This document shows, one piece after another, positions 15,014-23,609 of a DNA stretch of 58,629 nucleotides; the first letter of the stretch is position 1; the number at the start of each line of letters is the position of its first letter. The translations under genes were made by a program, and so were the position numbers. The notes under the pieces were generated by a model. It was not told where the DNA came from. It saw only the letters and a list, made by a program, of their open reading frames with translations, and ran no database searches. The stretch lies in the IMG/VR virus record IMGVR_UViG_3300010384_000006; one strand, given 5' to 3'. Source of the stretch: a virus.

Positions 15014-15363
15014 TGGTCGCCCCACGAGAGTGCCCAAACCACGGCGCGCCGTGGACGCTTGCCAACGACTTTGCCCTCATGAGCATGATTGGCACGATGC
15101 GCGCCGAAACCATTGCCCGCCGGATGGGGCGCACGCGGTGGGCGATCCTGCGGCGTTGCCAGCGGCTCGGACTCAGTGCGAGCAAGGATGGCGTCGTGAC
15201 GAGCGGCATCGCATCACAGCTGACCGGACTCTCGCCGCAATACCTGACCCGGCTGGCTCGGCAGGGCAGGATCGCAGCACGGCGGCTACCCGGAGGCAGG
15301 TGGTGGCTCTTCTCCCGCGTCGCCGTGGTGGAGCTGGGCCGGACACGAGGCTGGGCGGCCTAG
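15013..15363 (+). CDS. HTH DNA-binding protein (two HTH-like segments)
   Basis: 116 aa, TGATG-coupled to the SPOUT gene. ETIARRMGRTRWAILRR and IASQLTGLSPQYLTRLARQGRIAARRLPGGRWW. Confidence 0.6.
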   Translation: MVAPRECPNHGAPWTLANDFALMSMIGTMRAETIARRMGRTRWAILRRCQRLGLSASKDGVVTSGIASQLTGLSPQYLTRLARQGRIAARRLPGGRWWLFSRVAVVELGRTRGWAA

Positions 15364-16301
15364 TCCTCTCCCGCCGCGACCGCGATCGGTGGCAACCACT
15401 TGACGCGCATGACGCGCTCGCCGGTGCGCGGGCCATACCAGTAGCCGTGCCAGTGGCCCCGTCGGATGTGCGGCCGCACGGTGCGCCCGGTCGGCTCATG
15501 TTCCCGGCCCTCCCGGATGGCCTTGCCGATCTGCGCGCCCACCGTCCAGATGCGGGCCCGGTCGGGGGCGAAGAGCCGCCAGCCGTGCTTGACGCGCTTG
15601 GGGCGCGGGTTGCCCGGTGACGATCCGGGTTGGCGGACGTCGTCGATCTCCGGCTCATCGGTGCAGAGATAGAGGAGCAAGGAAACGAAGGGCATCATCT
15701 GGGCTGCGTCCCGCTCAGCATGCGGCCGAACATCGTCCCCCAGGTAGGTCACGACATCCTCGCTCCCGGCGTACGTGCGCTCGATGGCATCGGCCAACGA
15801 TCCTCTGCCAAGCGTGATCGTCGGTGAGGCATGGGTTTGGTCGCCGATCGCCATGACGGTGCGCAACTGAGCGTCACCGCACTCGATATCGTAATCCAGG
15901 GTGGCCCAGAAGCCATCCACCGCCACACCGTAGATCGCTAGTCCCGGTGTCTCGATGTAGACGCTCCACTCAGGTAACCGGAGGAGGAGCGATGCAGGAA
16001 GGTCGCCCGCGAGCGGCGTGTCGATCAGGGCAGCGTACACCTCGGGGTCGTACCGATAGATGCCCTTGGTGTAGCGCCACGTCCCCAGAGCACAGAGCCG
16101 CTGCCCCGCGCGGACGTGGTCCAGGGTCAGCTCGTGCGGTCCCTGCGCAATGGCCAACCAGCCCGCCATCGGCAGGAGACACCATGCGGGCCAATCGGGG
16201 AGGCGCGATCCTTTCCCCCGCAGCAGGTCGTCAACCTGCCGGGGCAAGGTCGGGTGGTCGTGCAGGAGGCGGGCGAGGTGCTGGAGCGGGAGGTCAGACA
16301 T
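15360..16301 (-). CDS. Hypothetical protein with C-terminal basic HWHGYWYGP motif
   Basis: Internal ATG (residue 92) of ORF 15360-16574, overlapping the upstream stop (ATGTCTGA). 313 aa. Confidence 0.6.
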   Translation of the reverse strand: MSDLPLQHLARLLHDHPTLPRQVDDLLRGKGSRLPDWPAWCLLPMAGWLAIAQGPHELTLDHVRAGQRLCALGTWRYTKGIYRYDPEVYAALIDTPLAGDLPASLLLRLPEWSVYIETPGLAIYGVAVDGFWATLDYDIECGDAQLRTVMAIGDQTHASPTITLGRGSLADAIERTYAGSEDVVTYLGDDVRPHAERDAAQMMPFVSLLLYLCTDEPEIDDVRQPGSSPGNPRPKRVKHGWRLFAPDRARIWTVGAQIGKAIREGREHEPTGRTVRPHIRRGHWHGYWYGPRTGERVMRVKWLPPIAVAAGED

Positions 16302-16938
16302 CCGTGTCCTCCACGAGCATCCAGCCTCCGTCGGGATGCGGTGTAATCTTTGCCCCTGGCTTGTAGAGCTTTCCAGTCTCGGTGCACCGCCCAGGGTAGA
16401 CGGCCCGGATCTGGGCCGTGCGCGGTGTCGGGCGCTTGCGGCCTTGCCCCGGCTGGCGCCGCCGCCAGTGGGCCGGTTGTGGGCGCGGCGTCCGTCGCCG
16501 GGCTCGCTCGTCATGGGTGAGGATTGACCATGCGAGGATCGGCACTCCGGCCGCAAGGGCTTTGGCCGTCTCATCGGACTTGACCCGGCTCTGAGTCGCG
16601 ACCAACGTCCCGGCCAGCTCGCTTTCCTGCAAGACCCGGATTTGCGTCGTGATGTCCGGCGTCATCGAGAGCGGTCGCACGACGTCGGGCCAGCGGACAA
16701 ACGCGGTCATGCTCACCCCGGTTGGCATCTCATTGGTGTCCACGGAGACGGCGTGCCGATCCTGGTTGCCCTGCACGGCGTAAAGCAGCCATGCCTCGGC
16801 ATCGATCGGGCCGAAGAGGGCGATGCTCAGCCGGGCGGTGACTTCGGCCCCCATCAGCTCGACCCGGATACTGACGAGCTGATCGCGCATCCGGTCGGTG
16901 AGGGAGGCGACGATCTCGACCAGTGTCTGATCGCTCAT
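16294..16938 (-). CDS. Hypothetical protein
   Basis: 214 aa, ATGA-coupled to the upstream HTH gene. Confidence 0.6.
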   Translation of the reverse strand: MSDQTLVEIVASLTDRMRDQLVSIRVELMGAEVTARLSIALFGPIDAEAWLLYAVQGNQDRHAVSVDTNEMPTGVSMTAFVRWPDVVRPLSMTPDITTQIRVLQESELAGTLVATQSRVKSDETAKALAAGVPILAWSILTHDERARRRTPRPQPAHWRRRQPGQGRKRPTPRTAQIRAVYPGRCTETGKLYKPGAKITPHPDGGWMLVEDTDV

Positions 16939-17609
16939 CGCCCCGCCTCGATCGCGGTGCGGACATCGGCACGCATCGCCAGCAGCCGGTTGATGGTCGC
17001 CATAGCGGCCGCGAACGCCTCGGGGACGTCATAAGGATCCGGCGTGATCGCCGACAATCCCGAGATCAATGCCTCCAGGCGGTCCGCGATCCGCGTCTGC
17101 CCAAGGTCGCCGAGATGCTGGATCGCCCACGTCTGCTCGACGGTTGGCTCTGCCTCCCCTGCCTCCCACGCGATGATCGTGTCAATACCGCCGTCAACCT
17201 CCTCACCGGTCGCCTCCTCGACGACGGCCAGCAGCCCGTGGATATCCAGCCCGTAGGCGCGGCGTTCGGCGGCGATCTCCGGACCGGTCATCCGCCGAAT
17301 CTCGATCGTGGGCGGGGTCATGAGGCCGGTTGGGTCGAACCAGTCGGCGTCGGGGTCGCGGAAGGAAAGGTCGGCGGGGACGATGCTGGGTTGGGCACGT
17401 CGTCCGTCGTGGCGCTCACGGAAGGCGTCCATGTCAGGGGGCCAGTAGACATACTGCCCACCGATCAGCCGGGCGCAGGGCAGGATGCCCTCCTGTGCGC
17501 GAAGACGGACGGTTCGCGGGGCCACGCTGAGCGCCTCGGCGAACTCGCCCTGCCCCATGGCATCGCGGATCGCCTGCATGTATCCAGCGCGGTAGGGGGA
17601 TGGCTTCAT
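16935..17609 (-). CDS. DNA-binding protein with two HTH-like segments
   Basis: Internal ATG (residue 51) of ORF 16935-17759, 6 nt after AGGAG. FAEALSVAPRTVRLRAQEG and MTGPEIAAERRAYGLDIHGLLAVV. Confidence 0.6.
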   Translation of the reverse strand: MKPSPYRAGYMQAIRDAMGQGEFAEALSVAPRTVRLRAQEGILPCARLIGGQYVYWPPDMDAFRERHDGRRAQPSIVPADLSFRDPDADWFDPTGLMTPPTIEIRRMTGPEIAAERRAYGLDIHGLLAVVEEATGEEVDGGIDTIIAWEAGEAEPTVEQTWAIQHLGDLGQTRIADRLEALISGLSAITPDPYDVPEAFAAAMATINRLLAMRADVRTAIEAGR

Positions 17610-17695
17610 GGTATGCTCCTGGTTGTGCCGGGGCTTTGCCCCGTCATCTCCAGAAGGCCGGGGTTGGCTGCAATCTTCCCCGGCCCTCGTCATGT

Positions 17696-18154
17696 CTACT
17701 TGACGCCCGCAAGCGCCGCGTTCCAGATGGCAGAGACGCCACCCCGGTTGTCGATCCACCAGCTGGCGGAGGTCTGCGCCTCGGCATAGGCAATCATCTC
17801 GCCGTACTTGGCCTGGTTGGCGGCGGCGCCCGCGCGCTGCTCGGTGGTGAGGGCATCACCGAGCTGGGCCATCTTGGCGGCCATCCCGGCCAGGCGGCGC
17901 TCGACTTCCGCCGTGAGGAGGGCCATCTGATCGCGGCGGATCGTCGTCGCCCATGCGATCTGCTTGTCACTGCCGGTGAGGGCCGGGAGGCCAGCGGTCT
18001 CGACGGCGGCGGTCTCGTTGGCAGCGGCGCGCTTGCAGGCGGCGCAGGGCTGGCTGGCGAGGTAGGCGCGGCGGCTATCGCGCTCGCTACCCTTGCCGTA
18101 GAGCTGGGTGCTGGTGGTGTGACCGCAGGTGTGGGTGATCGTGTACTGTGCCAT
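17696..18154 (-). CDS. Hypothetical protein with N-terminal Cys/His cluster
   Basis: Start set at ATG 18154, 9 nt after AGGAG. THTCGH...CAAC, then LTGSDKQIAWATTIR. Confidence 0.55.
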   Translation of the reverse strand: MAQYTITHTCGHTTSTQLYGKGSERDSRRAYLASQPCAACKRAAANETAAVETAGLPALTGSDKQIAWATTIRRDQMALLTAEVERRLAGMAAKMAQLGDALTTEQRAGAAANQAKYGEMIAYAEAQTSASWWIDNRGGVSAIWNAALAGVK

Positions 18155-18310
18155 GTCCGTCATCTCCTGTGTTCCGGGGGCTGCATTCCCGGCGTCTCGG
18201 GTCCGATCCATTTCCGTTCCCGATGCATATAGATTACCCGATCGGGCAAAGTACGTCAAGGGGTCTGGAGCACCAATTTACGGGCAGTTTCCGGAACGCC
18301 GCCAAAGGGG

Positions 18311-18811
18311 CTAGTCCTCGATCCGCTCCCAGGTCCAGTTGGCCTTGCGAGGCTCGACGCGCAGCCCCACCACCTGCCGGACCTGTTCGGCGGTGTACTC
18401 CACACCATCTAGCCAGTAGCGGTAGCCGTCCTCCACCGTGTAGCGAAAGTTGGCGTCGTACCAGATGGGGCGAGGATCTGAGGTGCCGTAGCAGCCGGGC
18501 GGATAGGGCAGAGGCGTATCCTTGGGTTTGTCGATCTTGACCCGGTCCGTGGCCGGGTGCCAGCAGACCCGCATGTCACGGGGGAGCGCGGTGCCGCCTA
18601 GACTGTCCGAGATGACGCCGATCCTCCACCATCCATCGCCGAGGTCGGCCGGGTACGTGGCATCGAGGATCAGCACCTCATTCGCAAGTTTTAGGGTGAT
18701 CTCGTGACCGGCCTCGGCGAGGCGCTGGAGATGGTATTTGTGGGCGCGGCACATGGCCCGCCACTGGCCCGGCCGGTCGAAGTCCGGGATCGGGGTGTCG
18801 GCGATAGACAC
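18311..18811 (-). CDS. Hypothetical protein
   Basis: 166 aa ORF with coding-like composition. Confidence 0.55.
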   Translation of the reverse strand: MSIADTPIPDFDRPGQWRAMCRAHKYHLQRLAEAGHEITLKLANEVLILDATYPADLGDGWWRIGVISDSLGGTALPRDMRVCWHPATDRVKIDKPKDTPLPYPPGCYGTSDPRPIWYDANFRYTVEDGYRYWLDGVEYTAEQVRQVVGLRVEPRKANWTWERIED

Positions 18812-18870
18812 GGGAGCACCTCCTGCAATCAGGCAACAGGTCAGGCGCTTCGGCGCTCAGGGGGTGGGAG

Positions 18871-19137
18871 TCAGGCAGCTTCTGCGCGGGCGTCAGCAAC
18901 GGCCCTCGCGACCTCCCGCCAACGCCAGCGGGTATGCAGACCCGTCTGCAACCACGGCGCGATGTCTTGACCTATGCAGCAGCGCTCCCGGATCTCCTGC
19001 GCCGTGGTGCCTTCCGCGGCCAGGCGCCAGCGGTGCCGGTCCGGGAAGCTGAGGAACTCCCAGACCGGGAGGGGATGAGGTGACGTGGCGCGCCAGGCAG
19101 CGTATCCGGCTTTGGCGACGGCATCGGGGTCGGGCAT
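18871..19137 (-). CDS. Hypothetical protein
   Basis: Internal ATG (residue 105) of ORF 18871-19449, 6 nt after AGGAG. The upstream part of the ORF lies in a low-GC non-coding region. Confidence 0.5.
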   Translation of the reverse strand: MPDPDAVAKAGYAAWRATSPHPLPVWEFLSFPDRHRWRLAAEGTTAQEIRERCCIGQDIAPWLQTGLHTRWRWREVARAVADARAEAA

Positions 19138-19526
19138 GGGCGGCTCCTGATATACCACACCCCCGCCTGGTGGTTGGCGAGGGTGTGGGGCGGGAATGGG
19201 TTGGGAGGCGGTGGTGCTCAGCACTCCCAATGGAGGTATGATAAGAACATCTGTTCTGTTCGTCAAGGTGAACAGTGCCGCTGTATATAGAAGAGACACG
19301 ACAACATTGGTGCTGAGAGAAGCACGAAATTCGCCGAGTTTACGCAGCACCTTGCGCGAGGCGGAATGAGAACACCCGGATTTCCGCACAGCGACGCGGA
19401 AATCCGGGTGTACCTGGTGCCAAGGGTCGGATTCAGAGTTTTGCCCCAAATCCCACTACTGGCGCGGATGATTCATCACCGTTCATCACGGCAAATCACC
19501 CTTAGCTTGCGCAGGAGTTTACGCGG
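19138..19526. other. Candidate attP region
   Basis: Lower-GC non-coding stretch directly downstream of int. It holds a 16-bp perfect hairpin (19372-19411), a tRNA 3'-end-like segment (19415-19438) and three 10-bp-phased ATCAC repeats (19472-19500). Confidence 0.45.
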
Positions 19527-20693
19527 CTATTCCTCGGCACCACCCTTTTTTACGACCGCGCCAAGCGCGTTGATGCCCTTGCGCTGCATCTCGATACCGG
19601 GATGTGCGTAGCGATCCATCGTGATCGCGATGCTGCTGTGTCCTAATATGTCCGCAATCACCTTGGGGTGGACGTCTGCTTCTACCATCAGCGTCGCAGC
19701 AGTGTGCCGGAGATCGTGCAGGCGAATCTTGGTGACCTTGGCTTTCTCCTGGAGCCGGGCGTGTTTGTGCTCCACCGTGTTCGCGTGCCAGAACTCGCCG
19801 TTGCCACGGTCGAAGACGAATCCCTCGTTGTGCCAACCCTTGCCATATTCCTGCTTGCGAGCGTCCTGCGCCGTCTTCCACGACGTGAGTGCCTTTGCTG
19901 TTTCGTCGGCGAGGGCGATCACACGATCCCGCCCGCTCTTGGTGGTGGTCCCGAGGACGGCGCGGAACTTGGCGTCGCGCGTAAAGGTCCGCTCGCAGGT
20001 GAGCCGCTTCTTCGCGAGGTCGATGTCTTGCCATTTGAGACCTCGCAGTTCGCCGGGGCGCATCCCCGTGGTCAGGGCAAGGATGTAGAAGGTGCGCATC
20101 TGGAGGTCGTCACCGCAGGCCGCCAGCATCGTCTGCACCTCTGCAGGCTTCCACGTCGGCATGCGCTTGGTCGTTCGCTTCGGGAGGCGCACGCCGGTGG
20201 TTGGATTGACAGGGATGATACCCATCTGGACGGCGTCGCGGCATGCGCCGGAGAGGACGATCTTGGCGTTCTCGATCAGCGACGCGCTCAGCTTCTCCTT
20301 GCCGAGCCGGTCGATCCAGAGCTGCACAGTGCGCGGCGTCAGGTCCACGATCTTGGTATTGCCGAGGTGAGGCACGATCTGCTTGCGGATGATGAGCCCA
20401 TACGTTGCCTGCGTATTGGTGCTCCACCGGCTGGCACCCCGCTCGGCATACTCCTCCACGATATGGCGCACCGTAAGCGACGACGGCGAGACGTAGCGGC
20501 CATCCCTGCGGTCACGGGCGATCTTGCGCAGGTGATCCTCGGCGGCGTCCATCGCTTCCTCGATGGAGTCACGGCGGAACGTCTTGGCTCGATGCGTCCC
20601 GTTGTCGAGCCATCGGGCTTGGACGGTCGTTTCGCCGCGAACGGTGATGGAGCCGTCGCCGTAGCGGACGACGGGTTTGGGGGGTGTGGTCAT
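19527..20693 (-). CDS. int: Tyrosine integrase
   Basis: 388 aa. C-terminal catalytic motifs MRPGELRGL, HDLRHTAATL and LGHSSIAITMDRYAH. Confidence 0.9.
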   Translation of the reverse strand: MTTPPKPVVRYGDGSITVRGETTVQARWLDNGTHRAKTFRRDSIEEAMDAAEDHLRKIARDRRDGRYVSPSSLTVRHIVEEYAERGASRWSTNTQATYGLIIRKQIVPHLGNTKIVDLTPRTVQLWIDRLGKEKLSASLIENAKIVLSGACRDAVQMGIIPVNPTTGVRLPKRTTKRMPTWKPAEVQTMLAACGDDLQMRTFYILALTTGMRPGELRGLKWQDIDLAKKRLTCERTFTRDAKFRAVLGTTTKSGRDRVIALADETAKALTSWKTAQDARKQEYGKGWHNEGFVFDRGNGEFWHANTVEHKHARLQEKAKVTKIRLHDLRHTAATLMVEADVHPKVIADILGHSSIAITMDRYAHPGIEMQRKGINALGAVVKKGGAEE

Positions 20694-20697
20694 GGTA

Positions 20698-20925
20698 CTA
20701 GGCTGCCTGTCGCCTGCTTACGGCCTCACTGGTTATCAGCCGAAGCGTCACAGCATCAAGGCCGCTGCCAGGAGGGATGAACGCCAGAACCTTCCGGTCA
20801 CCACCAGGGTGGCGAAGGTACATTGTTCCATTCGGTGCCACATCCAGAATGATCGTCCGCGAACTCTCCAGGTCTCCGTCAATCTGAGTGATGACGAATT
20901 TAGTTGGCGCTTTGATGTCGATCAC
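20698..20925 (-). CDS. Hypothetical protein upstream of int
   Basis: 75 aa ORF, lower GC, 4 nt from the int start. Confidence 0.45.
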   Translation of the reverse strand: MIDIKAPTKFVITQIDGDLESSRTIILDVAPNGTMYLRHPGGDRKVLAFIPPGSGLDAVTLRLITSEAVSRRQAA

Positions 20926-20994
20926 GAACCCACGCTCCTGACAATGAACGGGTAGATCGGCGCTCCAGCGCTCAAAGACCCCACAGCCATTCGG

Positions 20995-21432
20995 TCATCC
21001 TGTCCGCTCGTGGCGGACCAATGCCGTCTCCTCACCTCTCCGGCCTCCTTGCTTGGAGACCGCGTCACTCTCCCCCAAGACGACGCGGACTATGTTTGCT
21101 ACTGCTAGGACTTCCCCATCTGCCCTTCCCTCCAGCAGCTTCAGAATGTCGAGTCTCGGGCCATCAATTGCGGTTGGTTGAGAGTCTGACTTGCCCGAGT
21201 CGTGACTTTCATCCCGCAAATAGCCCATTAGCGCAAGAATGTCCCTCTCCCTGACGTCAAGCGCTTGTGCAAGCCCCTGAACGACATCCGGTGGCGGAGT
21301 CCCAATTTTGTCGTTGGAAAGCATCGACACGTAAGACTCGGAGCGGTCCAGCGCCACAGCCATATCTCTTGGCTTTAGCTTTCGTGCCGCCATACGCCGC
21401 TTGATGAATTGGCCCAGTGTCATCGTTTCCAT
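20995..21432 (-). CDS. XRE-family HTH repressor (cI-like); alternative start 21423
   Basis: Internal start of ORF 20995-21876. LGQFIKRRMAARKLKPRDMAVALDRSESYVSMLSNDK. Divergent from the RHH gene. Confidence 0.7.
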   Translation of the reverse strand: METMTLGQFIKRRMAARKLKPRDMAVALDRSESYVSMLSNDKIGTPPPDVVQGLAQALDVRERDILALMGYLRDESHDSGKSDSQPTAIDGPRLDILKLLEGRADGEVLAVANIVRVVLGESDAVSKQGGRRGEETALVRHERTG

Positions 21433-21534
21433 GACAACCACAATACTCCCGGCAGATGCATGTTGCATAGTGGCGTTCAATGGTTTACAATCCTCTTCAG
21501 TGATACTAAACAGTGAGGCACATGGAGGTCGCGC
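21433..21534. promoter_or_regulatory. Divergent switch region between the repressor and the RHH gene
   Basis: AT-richer 102 bp with the palindrome ATGCA-TGT-TGCAT (21456-21468), a TTTACA -35-like hexamer (21484-21489), and GGAGG before ATG 21535. Confidence 0.5.
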
Positions 21535-21753
21535 ATGGCTCAATCCCGAATTAGCCCGAAAACGCCAAAGCCTGTCGGCGTGGCGTTCTCCGCAGTCCAG
21601 TACCAAGGGCTGACGGAGCTGGCGGTGAAGGAAGGACACCTTTCCCGATCCAAGATCGTCAAGCGCCTCGTCGATGCGGAGCTGAATCGCCAGTTCGGTC
21701 GCAACTGGGAGGACCGGTTCGACCCGAATTCCGATCGATTGGAAGCGGCCTGA
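21535..21753 (+). CDS. Ribbon-helix-helix (CopG/Arc-like) protein, Cro analogue
   Basis: 72 aa. VGVAFSAVQYQGLTELAVKEGHLSRSKIVKRLV is RHH-like. First gene of the rightward operon. Confidence 0.6.
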   Translation: MAQSRISPKTPKPVGVAFSAVQYQGLTELAVKEGHLSRSKIVKRLVDAELNRQFGRNWEDRFDPNSDRLEAA

Positions 21754-22256
21754 TGAAAGCGATCCCACTGACGAACTCTTCTTTGGTAGCGATCGTGGAT
21801 GACGAGGATTATGGCCTCGTTTCCCGGTACCGGTGGTCCGCCACCAAGGGTTGGAACACTGCAACCGTCTATGCATATGGATACGTGAACGGAAGAACTG
21901 AGCGGATGCACGTTCTGATTCTCGGGCGAGAGCCGGGGAAGGTAACGGACCACATCGACAACAACGGCCTCAACAACACGCGCGCAAACCTCCGACTCGT
22001 AACACCCCTGCAAAACACAACTCGCCAACGACGACGGCACAATGCCATTCATCCGTATCGAGGTATCACCCGGTCCACGTCTAGGCGCTGGGGTGCACAG
22101 ATAGGCCGAAATGGAAAGTCGATCAGTTTGGGTCAATTCGACACTCCTGAGGAAGCGGCTCGCGCTTACGACCGTGCAGCCTGGGAAGCTTGGGGAGAGT
22201 TCGCCGCTCTCAATTTCCCTGAAGAGATCGAACTTCTTGACCAGGAGGCGGCATGA
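21753..22256 (+). CDS. HNH endonuclease with AP2 DNA-binding domain
   Basis: VTDHIDNNGLNNTRANLR (HNH_3) followed by YRGI..S..RWGAQI...GKSISLGQFDTPEEAARAYD (AP2). Confidence 0.75.
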   Translation: MKAIPLTNSSLVAIVDDEDYGLVSRYRWSATKGWNTATVYAYGYVNGRTERMHVLILGREPGKVTDHIDNNGLNNTRANLRLVTPLQNTTRQRRRHNAIHPYRGITRSTSRRWGAQIGRNGKSISLGQFDTPEEAARAYDRAAWEAWGEFAALNFPEEIELLDQEAA

Positions 22257-22504
22257 GCACCATCGACCCCATCCCGGCCTGGACGATCAAGGACATGTGC
22301 GTCGCCACCGGCCTGAGCCGCCAGACGGTCATCAAGTACATCGAGCAGGGAGTCCTCCCTGGTATGCGGCTCCCCGGTGGCCAGTACCGCATCCCGGCGC
22401 TGGAAGGCCTCGCCTGGATGCGCGGGGAGTGGACACCCAAGGCCGACAACATCACCCCGATCGGGTCCCAGTCGTTCATTCGATCCGTCCGAAAGGCAAG
22501 CTGA
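22253..22504 (+). CDS. Excisionase-like HTH protein
   Basis: 83 aa. TIKDMCVATGLSRQTVIKYIEQGVLPGMRLPGGQYRI (HTH_17 pattern). Confidence 0.6.
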   Translation: MSTIDPIPAWTIKDMCVATGLSRQTVIKYIEQGVLPGMRLPGGQYRIPALEGLAWMRGEWTPKADNITPIGSQSFIRSVRKAS

Positions 22505-22516
22505 GAGGAAATCGTC

Positions 22517-22879
22517 ATGAAAGCTCCCCTGCCGAATCCGTTCAAGCATGTTCCGGCTGATGGTCAGGTCAGCATCTTCGTCTGGATGGGACGCCGCGAG
22601 CGCTGCGAGGGCAGCCTCTCCCGGACGTTCGGCCTCGATCACGAGGCGGCGAAGGCGTATTTCGCCGACGCCTTCCGCCGCGACGACGTCTCCAAGGTGC
22701 AGGTCTTCGCGGGATGGTTCGACGGCGCTGCCGGGACGACGCCGGTGCGCCGGATCGATTGCCGGATGGATGGCAGCATGCTGATCCGGGATCGCGATGC
22801 CTCCGCCAAGCCGATGCCGAGCCGCTTTCCGGATGCCAATCTCGACGCGGACCTCTTCGCGCTGCTCGACGCGGCATAA
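22517..22879 (+). CDS. Hypothetical protein
   Basis: 120 aa ORF with GAGAGGAA RBS. Confidence 0.55.
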   Translation: MKAPLPNPFKHVPADGQVSIFVWMGRRERCEGSLSRTFGLDHEAAKAYFADAFRRDDVSKVQVFAGWFDGAAGTTPVRRIDCRMDGSMLIRDRDASAKPMPSRFPDANLDADLFALLDAA

Positions 22880-23232
22880 CCATGCACACCATCCCTTTCT
22901 CCCCACGGCGGCTCCCAACCGCCTCAATCCTCACTCGCCAGGCCGGGCGCCTTGCTCCCTCAGCGACGGCCACCACGCAGACCCTGACCCCAGTGGGGTC
23001 TGCGACGAGGTGCCTGATTGATATCGGGCTTCTCGTCGCAGCTCGCGCTGCCCGTCTGCCACTCGCTACCAAGGAGGTGCTGTCTGTCGTCCCGGCGGGG
23101 TGTTTGTGTCTGTTGTCTGATGCGTCGATGTCGGCAACCGTCCGTACGCCTTGGTTCCCCGCCGGAGAGCGACCTGGGTCCATTGTCAATCCGGTCGACC
23201 GCAATCACATCTATGTACAGAGGGGACCCGCC

Positions 23233-23556
23233 ATGCCCCACAACCCCGACCCTGATGAGGACGTGATCCTCGATTTCGGGATGGTTCGCCAGCGATTGGT
23301 TCGCGTTTTTGCTCGGGACGGCGTGATCGATGCCGCCGAGGAGGAGGTGCTTGACGCATTCGACCGGCCAGCGGGGACGCTGAGCAGCCGGTACTACGCC
23401 CGCCGGAGCTTCGAGTCGGCGATGCGCAACGGCCTGACACGCCGCAGCGCGCAGGGGCTCAAGGAGGCCGGGATCGCTGTCGTCTTTGGCGCGGACAACT
23501 ACCCGGCGAACGTCATCCCGTTCCCGGAGACCGACCACGGGCCCAAGGCGGCCTGA
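23233..23556 (+). CDS. Hypothetical protein (alternative starts 23128 or 22882)
   Basis: Internal ATG (residue 174) of ORF 22714-23556. The upstream part is low-complexity and hairpin-rich. Confidence 0.45.
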   Translation: MPHNPDPDEDVILDFGMVRQRLVRVFARDGVIDAAEEEVLDAFDRPAGTLSSRYYARRSFESAMRNGLTRRSAQGLKEAGIAVVFGADNYPANVIPFPETDHGPKAA

Positions 23557-23609
23557 ACGCAGAAGACCTCCTCCGGGCAAGGGAGAAGGTCCTCAAGGGA
23601 GCTATTGCA

